Part shown: positions 29,076 to 37,980 of the stretch, one piece after another | Position numbering within the stretch: position 1 is the first letter of the stretch | How the letters are laid out: each line of letters opens with the position of its first letter | Origin: a virus | Taxonomy: Duplodnaviria > Caudoviricetes | IMG/VR virus record: IMGVR_UViG_3300020345_000002 | Coordinates: 1 to 42,528 of that record | Length of the DNA: 42,528 bases | Strand: one strand, 5' to 3' | The notes under the pieces: generated by a model | Seen by the model: only the letters and a program-made list of their open reading frames with translations | What the model was told of the DNA's origin: nothing | The model's database searches: none | Made by a program: the position numbers and the translations under genes

Positions 29076-29912
29076 CTCATCTCTTTTTACCATATCTTGA
29101 AACTCTGCAACCTTTTCTTTAAATAACGCACCACAACCTATCAACTCCATAGCTGTTACCCAACGAAGCTGTAATCCGTTCTTTCTTATTATACATATTA
29201 ATCCCCTTTTTGCTCTAACTCCTGTTTTTTCATATAGCCCTTCATTGTACGCACCTATCTGTAATAAATGATCCTGTAAATATTTTTCTGGTTTATCTGT
29301 ATCTTTTCCATATGTTTTGAAATCTACTATTGTTAATTCTGAATGGCCGTCAGAGTTTTCTGTATCTATTAAAGCGTCACATTGACCAGCATATCCTGAT
29401 GAATGGTTAATATTAAATTCACTAAGATGAATGGCTTTTATATCTTCTAAAAATGGCTGTATATTTCGGGTGTACTCACTACACGCCCATTGTTCCTCGA
29501 CTTTATTTTTACCATGAATGGCGTTTTGTAATGCCCAAGTTGTGATTGCTTGACTAGGTCGTGCCAAACCATCTTCATAAGTTTTCCAACCATTGCGTTT
29601 GTTTGCTGAATTTATTGCCAGTATAGACGCTCTTTTTAATATTTTCTCGCAATATGAATGAACCGCAGTACCAATACTACAAGCCATATCTCTGTGTTCT
29701 AAATTCCCTGGTCGTTTAACCCATTTCATTAAAGCTGCTTTTTGTTCGGCAGGGGCAGTATGTTTTAAAATTGACGTTACTGAATGATATTCTTTCTCTT
29801 CCTCATCACGATATATCCTATGTTTACCCGAGTCATCCCGAACCAAAGATGAATGACGTAACCCTGCTAATAAGTTTTGCCTGTCCTGATCTTTAGGTAA
29901 GGCCAATGTCAT
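29061..29912 (-). CDS. PD-(D/E)XK exonuclease
   Basis: YHSVTSIL, GTAVH, E, YAGQCD, IVDFKT and LQIGAY motifs. Confidence 0.88.
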   Translation of the reverse strand: MTLALPKDQDRQNLLAGLRHSSLVRDDSGKHRIYRDEEEKEYHSVTSILKHTAPAEQKAALMKWVKRPGNLEHRDMACSIGTAVHSYCEKILKRASILAINSANKRNGWKTYEDGLARPSQAITTWALQNAIHGKNKVEEQWACSEYTRNIQPFLEDIKAIHLSEFNINHSSGYAGQCDALIDTENSDGHSELTIVDFKTYGKDTDKPEKYLQDHLLQIGAYNEGLYEKTGVRAKRGLICIIRKNGLQLRWVTAMELIGCGALFKEKVAEFQDMVKRDELVAV

Positions 29913-29966
29913 TTGTTTATGAATGATTTTTATTTAACTTTAACTGGGGTCAGATTTAATTGCAAG

Positions 29967-30149
29967 TTATAAAACCTTTTCCGTTATATCGACCCAATGA
30001 AACCAATCTATTGTCGATTTTAAAATGCAGTCTCCAAAATCTTTTTCTTCATATCTAAAAGTCCTTTTTAGGTCAAAGTCGTAATGAACCTGACCTAAAT
30101 ATGGAGCTTTAGGGAAATCTATTCCCATTGATGATCTGAAATATGGCAT
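29967..30149 (-). CDS. Small protein with a GIDFP..PY.GQ motif
   Basis: ATG start chosen within the ORF-track frame; similar to 28905..29075. Confidence 0.6.
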   Translation of the reverse strand: MPYFRSSMGIDFPKAPYLGQVHYDFDLKRTFRYEEKDFGDCILKSTIDWFHWVDITEKVL

Positions 30150-30151
30150 AA

Positions 30152-30430
30152 TTACCAACCTTTTTTACGTCTAGTTGAATGGGATCTTTTTCTAAATTTA
30201 ATGACATTATCACTTCGAGGTTTTTGTGATGTTAAATGCCATCCTTTTCCTTTTGGACATTCGTAAACATATGAATGGCCTTTTCCTTTTGCTCGCATAT
30301 CTGCTGCAATGATTTTTGCTTCCTCTTCGGATCTATAGCTAACTTTATTGCATTTGTAACAATGATCTAAAACTATAAATCCTTTATCTTGAATGTAGCT
30401 TTGAAGGTTTATAAAACTAAGACGTTGCAT
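30152..30430 (-). CDS. Zn-binding phage protein
   Basis: C..K.SY.SEEEA..Y.CP..GWHLTS. Confidence 0.7.
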   Translation of the reverse strand: MQRLSFINLQSYIQDKGFIVLDHCYKCNKVSYRSEEEAKIIAADMRAKGKGHSYVYECPKGKGWHLTSQKPRSDNVIKFRKRSHSTRRKKGW

Positions 30431-30722
30431 TGGCGGTTGGTACTTTTGGTTCTACGTCATCCCATAACTGCATTTCAGGAGCTTCAGGCATAACATCTTT
30501 ATTAGCGAGAGCTTCTTTCTCCCACTTTTCATACTTAGCATTTTCTAATGCTTGTTCTCTTACGGGCTGAAACATATCATCAATGGATCTTCGGATCATA
30601 GAAGATATTGATGTCCCTGGTCGGGCATAGTGTTTCAACATTTCGTACTGTGATTTTGTTATTTGAATGGAAATTCTGTGTAAAGAATTAGCATCAGATA
30701 AAACGTCAGAAAGAGGGGACAT
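30417..30722 (-). CDS. Ribbon-helix-helix regulator
   Basis: HRISIQITKSQYEMLK..SISSMIRRSID strand-helix-helix pattern. Confidence 0.65.
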   Translation of the reverse strand: MSPLSDVLSDANSLHRISIQITKSQYEMLKHYARPGTSISSMIRRSIDDMFQPVREQALENAKYEKWEKEALANKDVMPEAPEMQLWDDVEPKVPTANATS

Positions 30723-31578
30723 TTGGAATTACCTCGAGAATAGGGTGGATCTTCTTTGCATCCACTATGGCATACATTTCTGTATTAGGGTATGGAGCAA
30801 CGAATTTAATGGTTGGTGTCTTTTGGACATGGCTGTTGAAACACTTTATAAAAGAGTTCAACATATATTGGGCAGGATTAGTGCCTCTTCGTTTGAAGTA
30901 ACCACTACCCAACTGATTTCTAAATGAAAGGCAAACATCTTCTGAATCTAAATTCGCTCCAAAACATATCGCATCCATAAAACTTAAGATGGGTACTTTT
31001 GACCAATGCCTATCTCTTGCTAATAATGAAAAGGTTAAAGCAACTGATTCACTAAAACATCTAAAACTTTTTCTTCTTCTGGTAATTTCATCAATCATAG
31101 GCTCTACATAATCTTTATGTATTTCATATAATTTTGTAACTTCAGAATGATAAGGAGTTTGACTACCTGACCACCTTATTTTTGGGTACTGATAATAAAA
31201 CTGATAGTTTTTTAAAGCTGCTGCAATCGTTTTACCTTTAACGCTACCTAATATTTCAAGTGCATCTCCAGCAGTTCTTGTAGAACCTGTATCTACAACA
31301 TTAAATATTGAAGGGTCAAGATTACGGCCCAACATAATTTGAATGGGCTTTTCTGCTTTTACTACTGCTGCAAGTCTATGTTGACCATCAAGAATGTTAT
31401 CGCTTGAATCTAAAGCAATACCTTGTGCAGTTAAAAGCCAACCTCCAGTTTTTATACTGTGAGATAACCTATCAACGTGTCTTTTTTTGAATTTTCTATT
31501 TTTTTGGGTCGTTTGACCTAGTAGTTGCGATGCCCATTGAGGGGTCATGGTAACTACCTCAAATGTTGGAGTAGTCAT
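30706..31578 (-). CDS. ParB-N / DGQHR-motif protein
   Basis: MTP..A..LL..NR..ILDGQHRLAAV..DTG..RT; start reassigned to ATG 31578. Confidence 0.75.
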   Translation of the reverse strand: MTTPTFEVVTMTPQWASQLLGQTTQKNRKFKKRHVDRLSHSIKTGGWLLTAQGIALDSSDNILDGQHRLAAVVKAEKPIQIMLGRNLDPSIFNVVDTGSTRTAGDALEILGSVKGKTIAAALKNYQFYYQYPKIRWSGSQTPYHSEVTKLYEIHKDYVEPMIDEITRRRKSFRCFSESVALTFSLLARDRHWSKVPILSFMDAICFGANLDSEDVCLSFRNQLGSGYFKRRGTNPAQYMLNSFIKCFNSHVQKTPTIKFVAPYPNTEMYAIVDAKKIHPILEVIPNVPSF

Positions 31579-31618
31579 AATAGGGTAAGTTTTTAACAAT
31601 TTAAATCCTTATGACATC

Positions 31619-31648
31619 ATATTACCACAAGTTCTTGTATCTTTGCAA
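31619..31648 (-). promoter_or_regulatory. Promoter for the ParB-like/RHH/exonuclease operon
   Basis: TTGCAA-18 nt-TAATAT with an extended TG. Confidence 0.55.
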
Positions 31649-31662
31649 CAGTATCTTAACAT

Positions 31663-31694
31663 AAAAAAACTGCCAGAAGTTAATCTGACAGTTT
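31663..31694 (-). terminator. Rho-independent terminator after the SSB gene (possibly bidirectional)
   Basis: AAACTGTCAGA-ttaact-TCTGGCAGTTT with T-tracts on both strands. Confidence 0.75.
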
Positions 31695-31726
31695 CTTTTT
31701 TCCGTATGGGCAATGACCCTTCTCTA

Positions 31727-32329
31727 TTATCCTCCGAAAGGATCTTCGTAAGATAGTAGCTTGGTTAAATCGAAACCTTTTGACTTAGTTTTTTCCCAAG
31801 CTGCTTCTAGTGCGTCTTGGTCATCTTCATCTTGAGGTTCAATTTGAATGTCGTAATTCCAACGACCTCCTTCTCTATCTAAAGAAAGAGAAAGATCCCA
31901 CTCCATAAGATTTTTATACTTTCTGTTTAAAGATAGCTTTCTGATCTTACTAAGAATCTGATACTGGTCTGCTTCTAAGATACGAACCATTTTGTTCTTG
32001 TAATCATAGATAGGCCAAACATAAGTTTCTTTAGGATCGGCTGGATCTGTACTTTGAAATTTAGTTCCTCTTGTATAAGAACCTCCCATTTCAGTAAGAA
32101 CTTCTTCTTCTGAGGGTTTGCTGATAAATCTAAATGATTTACCTTTTTCTCCGTGTACAGATTCTCCGTAGATTTTCCAAAAGATTAGGGGATCTTCTTC
32201 CAATAATGCGAAAGAAATGGGTTCTTTTGGATCAACCTTTGATGGGTTTAAATAAGAAGAAACAAGTGGGCGATCCCCCTGTTCTTCTGCTTTTTTGACT
32301 TTTTCTTCAAAAGTGGCTGAAAATTTCAT
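31727..32329 (-). CDS. Putative single-stranded DNA-binding protein
   Basis: YLNPSK..WPIYDY..V.ILE..Y.I..FDL..L....DPF pattern; acidic C-terminal region; divergent from the primase gene. Confidence 0.6.
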   Translation of the reverse strand: MKFSATFEEKVKKAEEQGDRPLVSSYLNPSKVDPKEPISFALLEEDPLIFWKIYGESVHGEKGKSFRFISKPSEEEVLTEMGGSYTRGTKFQSTDPADPKETYVWPIYDYKNKMVRILEADQYQILSKIRKLSLNRKYKNLMEWDLSLSLDREGGRWNYDIQIEPQDEDDQDALEAAWEKTKSKGFDLTKLLSYEDPFGG

Positions 32330-32387
32330 AAGTAGAAATTGTTAGTTAGCGTTGTAATCAATGGGCAAAATATATTTGCACAATCTC

Positions 32388-32427
32388 ATTCTAATAGCTT
32401 GACCTTAATTTGTAAATACCCTAAAAT
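32388..32427. promoter_or_regulatory. Overlapping divergent sigma70 promoters (SSB and primase-helicase)
   Basis: Plus: TTGACC(32399)-17-TAAAAT(32422). Minus: TTTACA(32416)-17-TAGAAT(32393). Confidence 0.75.
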
Positions 32428-32500
32428 AAGAAAACCTCCGAAATCTGTTGATTACCAAAACAGAAGTTCAGAGGTTTCACTTACCCTAATAGAATGATAC

Positions 32501-34633
32501 ATGACAATTATTAATTTCGTCAAGACTCTACCTGAGAACCTAGTTTACGCACCTATCTATAAAAAAGATGCTCCAATGAAATCAGGCCGTAAGGCTACTG
32601 GTAAAAATCCTTTAGAAGAATCATGGGAAAGAGATTTTGATAATCACGATCTAGAACTAGCAATAGAGAAAAATTCCGATCTCCAAGCTGTTGGTCTTTA
32701 TACAGGTATAAGAGGAAAAGGTATCGTAATTCTTGATATTGATAAAGACCACTCTGTATTAAAAAGAAAATGGTCTGAAACTCTTATAGGTGCTCCTAAA
32801 ATCACTTCTACTAAGAAAGATGCAGCAAAGTATGTCTTTAGCGTTCCAGAGGCTCTATGGGGAGAAGTAAAGGGTCATGGCCTTCGTAAAGAAGAAGGTG
32901 GTAATTATGAAATACTTTGGGGAAGAAGACAGGGTGTTATCTATGGTGCTTACCCAGGTGGACATAGTTCAGAAGAAGGTTTCTATAAATTAACTGGTGA
33001 TCTTTCAAAAATACCTGTAGCTCCTGCTTGGTTATTAGCTGAGATGAAAGCTCCTCCAAAACCAGTTCAAAATAAAAAAGATTTAGACTTTAGTGATAGA
33101 ACTGATGATGAGATTGCTCAAATCATCCATGAATGTCTTTCCGTTATATCCCATCAGGGTTTAGGTAGTAGAGAACATTGGGTTAGGGTTGGAATGGCAA
33201 TTCATTCTGCTCTTCCTAGTGAAATGGGTTTAGCATTATGGTCTTTCTGGTCATCTCAAGATCCTGACTTTGCAGGAGAATGGGAAGATGCAGGAGATCA
33301 CGATACTCCCTGCACTACTGCTTGGTATTCATTTAAAAGTGGTGGTATTGGTTTAGGTACTTTAATTTGGTTGGCCGATAGAGAAGATCCTGAAAGACAT
33401 AGATTTTCTTCTGAAAACAAAAAGATTGTTAGTAAAGCTGAAGATAAACAGGTTCAAGAAATTAGAACTTCTACTCTTGATTTTGGTGATGTCATTAAAC
33501 GTGCCAAAAATATTCTTGAGTTGGATAACCCTGCTGAGATGAACTACAAGTTAAATACTTTGGCATTGAAAGCTGGTTATAGAGATCAATCATCTTTGGA
33601 AAAACTTATTGTTGATCAGATTCAATATGAAAGCCAAAAAGGTATTTTAGACTTAGCTGACCTTTATGCTTTAGACATTCAAAGAGAATATTTGATACCT
33701 GACATTCTTCCTACTCCTTCAGTTGTTCTTATTTATGGGGCAGGTGGTGATGGTAAATCCATGAGTGCTTGGACTATGGCAAAACATATTGCTACTGGAG
33801 ATCCTTTCCTTGTTAGAGGTAGTAAAGTTCCTGTAGAAAAAGGTACTGTTCTTTTGCTTAATGGAGATCAACCTTTATCTCAACTAAAGGAACAGCTAGA
33901 AGAAGTTAATCTTCCTGTTAATAGCAATGTAAAAATTCAAACTGATTGGCAGTTACAAAGATACGCTCAGTTTATTAAGTTAATGCAGGAACATACTCCT
34001 AAATTAGTTGTTATCGACTCTCTTATTGGATGTAGTGGTGGTAGAGCTTTTGATGAAAACAAATCAGATTTTGCTCAACCTTTATATTGGCTAACCAGAA
34101 ATAATGGTGTTCTCTTTCCTAAGACAACAATTCTTATAATTCATCACGCTAATAAAAATGGTGGATTTAGAGGAACATCTGCTATCAGAGATGCGGTTGA
34201 TGAAACTTGGAAACTATCTAAACCAACTCAAGAACAGGTAAATAAGGTTGGTCGCTCCAGTAGATTTATTACCATTGAAAAATCTAGGTCTGGAAGAATG
34301 GGAACACAGATGATTATGAAGATGAATGATGACCTTACATTCTCTATAGCTGATTACACTCCAGAAGTTTCTAACGATAGTGAATCTCCTACAACTGTTC
34401 AAGATAAAGTCCTTCAAAAATTAAGAAAGATTCATCCCGAAACTTATACCATAAATCAAATGATTCACGATCCAATGGTTGATGGTAAAGATGCTGCAAT
34501 AAGAAAATCGTTCCAAAGATTGATTAAAAAAGGTCTTATTGAAGCTATAGAAGATGATGATTCTAATAAGTCTTATAAAGCAGTCCTCGCACGGGGAGAG
34601 GGTGCATATCTTGTCCCATTGGAAGAATCCTAG
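32501..34633 (+). CDS. Bifunctional primase-polymerase / PriCT / AAA helicase
   Basis: GKNP..GLYTG..ILDID (Prim-Pol); WVRVGMAIH..WS (PriCT-2); GAGGDGKS, LVVIDSL, IIHHANK..RGTSAI (RecA-like AAA_25); wHTH-like tail. Confidence 0.9.
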   Translation: MTIINFVKTLPENLVYAPIYKKDAPMKSGRKATGKNPLEESWERDFDNHDLELAIEKNSDLQAVGLYTGIRGKGIVILDIDKDHSVLKRKWSETLIGAPKITSTKKDAAKYVFSVPEALWGEVKGHGLRKEEGGNYEILWGRRQGVIYGAYPGGHSSEEGFYKLTGDLSKIPVAPAWLLAEMKAPPKPVQNKKDLDFSDRTDDEIAQIIHECLSVISHQGLGSREHWVRVGMAIHSALPSEMGLALWSFWSSQDPDFAGEWEDAGDHDTPCTTAWYSFKSGGIGLGTLIWLADREDPERHRFSSENKKIVSKAEDKQVQEIRTSTLDFGDVIKRAKNILELDNPAEMNYKLNTLALKAGYRDQSSLEKLIVDQIQYESQKGILDLADLYALDIQREYLIPDILPTPSVVLIYGAGGDGKSMSAWTMAKHIATGDPFLVRGSKVPVEKGTVLLLNGDQPLSQLKEQLEEVNLPVNSNVKIQTDWQLQRYAQFIKLMQEHTPKLVVIDSLIGCSGGRAFDENKSDFAQPLYWLTRNNGVLFPKTTILIIHHANKNGGFRGTSAIRDAVDETWKLSKPTQEQVNKVGRSSRFITIEKSRSGRMGTQMIMKMNDDLTFSIADYTPEVSNDSESPTTVQDKVLQKLRKIHPETYTINQMIHDPMVDGKDAAIRKSFQRLIKKGLIEAIEDDDSNKSYKAVLARGEGAYLVPLEES

Positions 34634-34797
34634 TTATACCAATAGATTTCAGTGGGACAACTATGTGAGACAAGATAGATTGTCCCATTGTTTTTAAAGC
34701 GTGAGACAATTCCCCTTGTCCCATACCCTTGTCCCATACCAAATCAATGTCCTGGAGCGTGATTATAAAGAATGGGACAATTCCAGCCACTCTCCCC
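34593..34797. repeat. Iteron cluster, putative replication origin
   Basis: Eight TTGTCYCA octamers: + at 34611, 34680, 34716, 34729; - at 34653, 34666, 34702, 34773; outer GGGGAGAG/CTCTCCCC inverted repeat. Confidence 0.75.
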
Positions 34798-34871
34798 AGG
34801 AAAATTGTTATTTTATATTATTAAAGTATCAACCTATCAAATTTGTGATAGCATTGGTTAAAAAGATATTT

Positions 34872-35156
34872 ATGGCTGAAACTGGCAAAAAACCTCACGG
34901 AAACAAAAAATATTATCACGTTCTCATAGATATAAACAGAGGAGAGTTATTTGATGAATATATTCGTACGAAATTAAAAATTAAGCCTACTTCTTGGATA
35001 AGAGATGTTGTTTATAATTTTTTACAAGACAAGATTGATAAAGAAGTGTATGATAAAGCATTAAAAAAAGATCAAGAAAACTGGAATAAAGCAATTCAAA
35101 ACCGATTACAAGGTAGAGCACTTTCTAGGATTCTTAATTCAATCAAAAAAAAATGA
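34872..35156 (+). CDS. RHH-like hypothetical protein
   Basis: ATG at 34872 (MAETGKKPHGNKKYYHVLID..SWIRDVVYNFL). Confidence 0.65.
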   Translation: MAETGKKPHGNKKYYHVLIDINRGELFDEYIRTKLKIKPTSWIRDVVYNFLQDKIDKEVYDKALKKDQENWNKAIQNRLQGRALSRILNSIKKK

Positions 35157-35434
35157 GTGATTCTAAAAAATTAAAACGATTAAAAGAAATAAGACGTAAA
35201 AATTTAGAAAAAAATCTTTTAGATATTGAGCTAAAAGGTTACGATCATTATATTTTTATTAATGAAAGAAATAAAGCTCAAGTAGTTACTAATACTGGTA
35301 ATTGGGTCGTAGAACATATTAGAACTGCAATTCTTAAATTTAATTATGAAATTGATAAAATTGATAAATTATTAGTAAAAGATTTTACTGAAAAAGAAGT
35401 TAAGGAATATGAAAAAACTTTTTTATCGGATTAG
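35153..35434 (+). CDS. Hypothetical protein
   Basis: ATGA overlap. Confidence 0.65.
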   Translation: MSDSKKLKRLKEIRRKNLEKNLLDIELKGYDHYIFINERNKAQVVTNTGNWVVEHIRTAILKFNYEIDKIDKLLVKDFTEKEVKEYEKTFLSD

Positions 35435-35675
35435 ATTTTTTTTCTTCCCTTACTTGCTTTACAACAAGGTTAGCTTCAAGTTCAATTAGCCTTCCTAACA
35501 TAGAAGCTAAAAACATATCTTGTTCTAATTTATGTCTTACAAGATGAGTACAATACCTTTTTATATCAATTACATCATCACTTGCCATAATTTCTCTACA
35601 ACGCATTTCAACATCTAACTTCATTTCTAAAGGTGCTTGTTCAATGTCAATATTGAGAAATTTAGTAATTTTCAT
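35400..35675 (-). CDS. Hypothetical protein
   Basis: Last of three tandem small minus-strand ORFs. Confidence 0.6.
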   Translation of the reverse strand: MKITKFLNIDIEQAPLEMKLDVEMRCREIMASDDVIDIKRYCTHLVRHKLEQDMFLASMLGRLIELEANLVVKQVREEKKSNPIKKFFHIP

Positions 35676-35676
35676 T

Positions 35677-35832
35677 TTAGGGAAAGAGTTGTTGTTCTAA
35701 AATTTCAACTGCTTTATCATCGAGCGTATTTGTTGTTTGTTTAGCAAGTGACTTCATTAAGTCCACAACTAATTTTTTGACAGCCGTTGTTGTTAAAAAC
35801 GTCATCAATATTGGTTTTAAGATTTTATACAT
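35677..35832 (-). CDS. 51-aa amphipathic protein (TNTLDD.AV motif), holin-like candidate
   Basis: ATG start at 35832; motif typical of small cyanophage proteins. Confidence 0.6.
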   Translation of the reverse strand: MYKILKPILMTFLTTTAVKKLVVDLMKSLAKQTTNTLDDKAVEILEQQLFP

Positions 35833-35868
35833 AAAAAAGTATGTGTTACATCCCAAACATACCAAATA

Positions 35869-36030
35869 TTACAAGTTTTGGCCTTCTATCCTACTAACCG
35901 CCTTTTCTAACTGATTTATTCGGTTAAATAATTCTCTAATATCACGTTCTCTTCTGTTGCTCATATTAGACAACACCATTAAAAAAGCGGTTGCTGCTGC
36001 TCCGATTAACGCTCCATAAACCTCTGGCAT
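35869..36030 (-). CDS. 53-aa TM + coiled-coil protein (holin/XhlA-like candidate)
   Basis: Manual translation MPEVYGALIGAAATAFLMVLSN..RELFNRINQLEKAVSRIEG. Confidence 0.65.
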   Translation of the reverse strand: MPEVYGALIGAAATAFLMVLSNMSNRRERDIRELFNRINQLEKAVSRIEGQNL

Positions 36031-36076
36031 TGCTTTAAGTTATAATTATGCCTAGTATGACTAATAAATCCTAGTT

Positions 36077-36478
36077 ATGACAGAAGAAGTCAAAAAAGGC
36101 CCTCTACAAAAACTCAAGGAAAGCATTAATGACAAAGAAGAGCAGTTAGCTTTCATCTCAGTCGTAGTAAGACTTGTTGTTGTTGCTTGGAGTGGTTTTA
36201 TCGTTTCTCTTAACTACGTTGCCCTCCCTGGTTATAGTAACGAACCAAAAGACATCACTTTTCCTGCTTCGCTCCTGACGGGAGCACTTGCCAGTTTCGG
36301 CCTTGAAGGAGCTAAAAAAAGAGGCGATGGAACATACAAGCCAGAAGACAAACCGTTAAGTAAGAAAGAAGTAGAAGCGTTATTGGCTACACAGTCAGGA
36401 ACTTATCAAACGATTAGAATAGAGACACCCATCAAAATCCTTGGTGCGGAAGTAATAGATAAAAAACAAAAATCATGA
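36077..36478 (+). CDS. Two-TM membrane protein
   Basis: VVRLVVVAWSGFIVSLNYV and TFPASLLTGALASFGL hydrophobic segments. Confidence 0.75.
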   Translation: MTEEVKKGPLQKLKESINDKEEQLAFISVVVRLVVVAWSGFIVSLNYVALPGYSNEPKDITFPASLLTGALASFGLEGAKKRGDGTYKPEDKPLSKKEVEALLATQSGTYQTIRIETPIKILGAEVIDKKQKS

Positions 36479-36963
36479 AAAAGTTTCTTCCCATACTATT
36501 CATTGCATCAAGTGTTCCTTGCTACGCAGACGTAACTTCGAGCATGATGACAACTGTTCAAATCCAAGTTAATGCTGCTGGAACACAGGTCGAGAGGTTA
36601 GGAGGTAGCTACTCTGCATCTGGAACTAATGTTGGAACTACCAACTCAGGAGATCAGTTAGGAGGTTTTAGTGTTAACTCAACTACTAACGCAGTTACTT
36701 TTGATGCAGGGCAATATTCTATAAATTCTAATGCTACAAACTGGTCAATAACTGAATCACTATTACAACCAGATGCAATGCAAACTGGAACTTTAGACGT
36801 TGGTGATGTTTCTAACTTTGGTAGTGTCATATCAACTGATGCTGGAGTAGGAACAGGCTTTGATGTAACTATTGGTTCGGATCATACAATTACAGATTTA
36901 GATTCAGGCGGTGCTGGTTCAACTACAACAGGTAGTTTTGTTACTTCAGTTACTACTCAATGA
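36475..36963 (+). CDS. Secreted Ser/Thr/Gly-rich beta protein
   Basis: Sec signal MKKFLPILFIASSVPCYA; ATGA overlap. Confidence 0.75.
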   Translation: MKKFLPILFIASSVPCYADVTSSMMTTVQIQVNAAGTQVERLGGSYSASGTNVGTTNSGDQLGGFSVNSTTNAVTFDAGQYSINSNATNWSITESLLQPDAMQTGTLDVGDVSNFGSVISTDAGVGTGFDVTIGSDHTITDLDSGGAGSTTTGSFVTSVTTQ

Positions 36964-36966
36964 TGA

Positions 36967-37386
36967 ATGAAAAAACTTTTACTACTTCTGTTTTTTTATG
37001 TCATACCAGTTAATGCACAGCCAATCGTACCTGCCTTCACTACTGGGACGGTTTCAAGCACCACTAATACAACAACTTCTATATCAGAAACAATTACCAG
37101 TTTTGACTATGCAACAGGATACGAATATACAGTTACAGGTGTTGGGGTTTCTATGGATGGTGACAGTATTACTCCACCTCCCACAACTATTAATGAAACA
37201 GTAAATGGGACTGTATATACATGGACAGGATTAGATCTTTCTTCAAAACCAAATTGGGAAGTTACAGGAGATGCCTTTCAATTTACAGAAACATATTATG
37301 GAGCAGGTCTTCAAAACATGACGATCATTCAAAGAAATATAGAAAGCGAATCAGTAGTTACATCTACCTCTGTCTTTTCCCAATAG
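36967..37386 (+). CDS. Secreted Thr-rich beta protein
   Basis: Sec signal MKKLLLLLFFYVIPVNA. Confidence 0.75.
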   Translation: MKKLLLLLFFYVIPVNAQPIVPAFTTGTVSSTTNTTTSISETITSFDYATGYEYTVTGVGVSMDGDSITPPPTTINETVNGTVYTWTGLDLSSKPNWEVTGDAFQFTETYYGAGLQNMTIIQRNIESESVVTSTSVFSQ

Positions 37387-37979
37387 CTCTAACACCTGTA
37401 GAAGCCCTTGCAAACGCTGTAAGTCAATCAAACAACGGCTCAGTCACAAATATGGCTATACAGTCATTAACAGGGAATATGACCACGAATCAGTTTGGAA
37501 ATAATATTGTTTGCCAGGGAGCTACTCTTACATTCTCTCCATTTATTACTTTTGGTGCTAACTATAGAAAACCTTTTGACCATTACTACACAACTCCGTA
37601 TTACGATCCAACAGATGCTAATGATGATGGAGTGCCAGATAATGCTGGTGATATTCTTTTTGAAATGGAAAACTATAGTGGTACAAACAAAGATAGCTTT
37701 GCAATTAATACAGGTTTTAGTTTAAACTTTACAATCCCACTTGATAGATCATTGCAAAGTACTTGTGAAGAAGCAGCTACAACACAGGTATTACTACAAC
37801 AACAGATATTAGAAAATAAAAGGTTAGATTGGCAGATAGCTCGTATTCGGGAGTGCGGTAATTTATTAGCTAACGGAGTACGAGTGCATGAAGATAGTCC
37901 TTTTTATGGGTTATGTGCTGATATATATCTAGAACCTAAACCTAATCAAGTTATACCGCATACACATCTCATAGAATAA
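37221..37979 (+). CDS. Secreted / outer-membrane-associated Cys-containing protein (start uncertain)
   Basis: Internal signal-like RKRISSYIYLCLFPIALTPVEALA; amphipathic strands, coiled coil, four Cys in the mature part. Confidence 0.7.
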   Translation: MDRIRSFFKTKLGSYRRCLSIYRNILWSRSSKHDDHSKKYRKRISSYIYLCLFPIALTPVEALANAVSQSNNGSVTNMAIQSLTGNMTTNQFGNNIVCQGATLTFSPFITFGANYRKPFDHYYTTPYYDPTDANDDGVPDNAGDILFEMENYSGTNKDSFAINTGFSLNFTIPLDRSLQSTCEEAATTQVLLQQQILENKRLDWQIARIRECGNLLANGVRVHEDSPFYGLCADIYLEPKPNQVIPHTHLIE

Positions 37980-37980
37980 C

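Noticed and set aside
29061-29912. Cas4 / CRISPR-associated nuclease
   Set aside because: PD-(D/E)XK motifs are present, but the C-terminal Cys cluster of Cas4 and any CRISPR context are absent; a generic phage exonuclease fits better
30706-31578. Dnd phosphorothioation or ParABS partition system
   Set aside because: Only a lone DGQHR/ParB-N motif; no dnd genes or ParA ATPase are present
34563-34871. ORF 34563..34790 (-) and the 5' extension of 34701..35156
   Set aside because: They run through the iteron cluster; ATG 34872 is the more plausible start of the downstream gene
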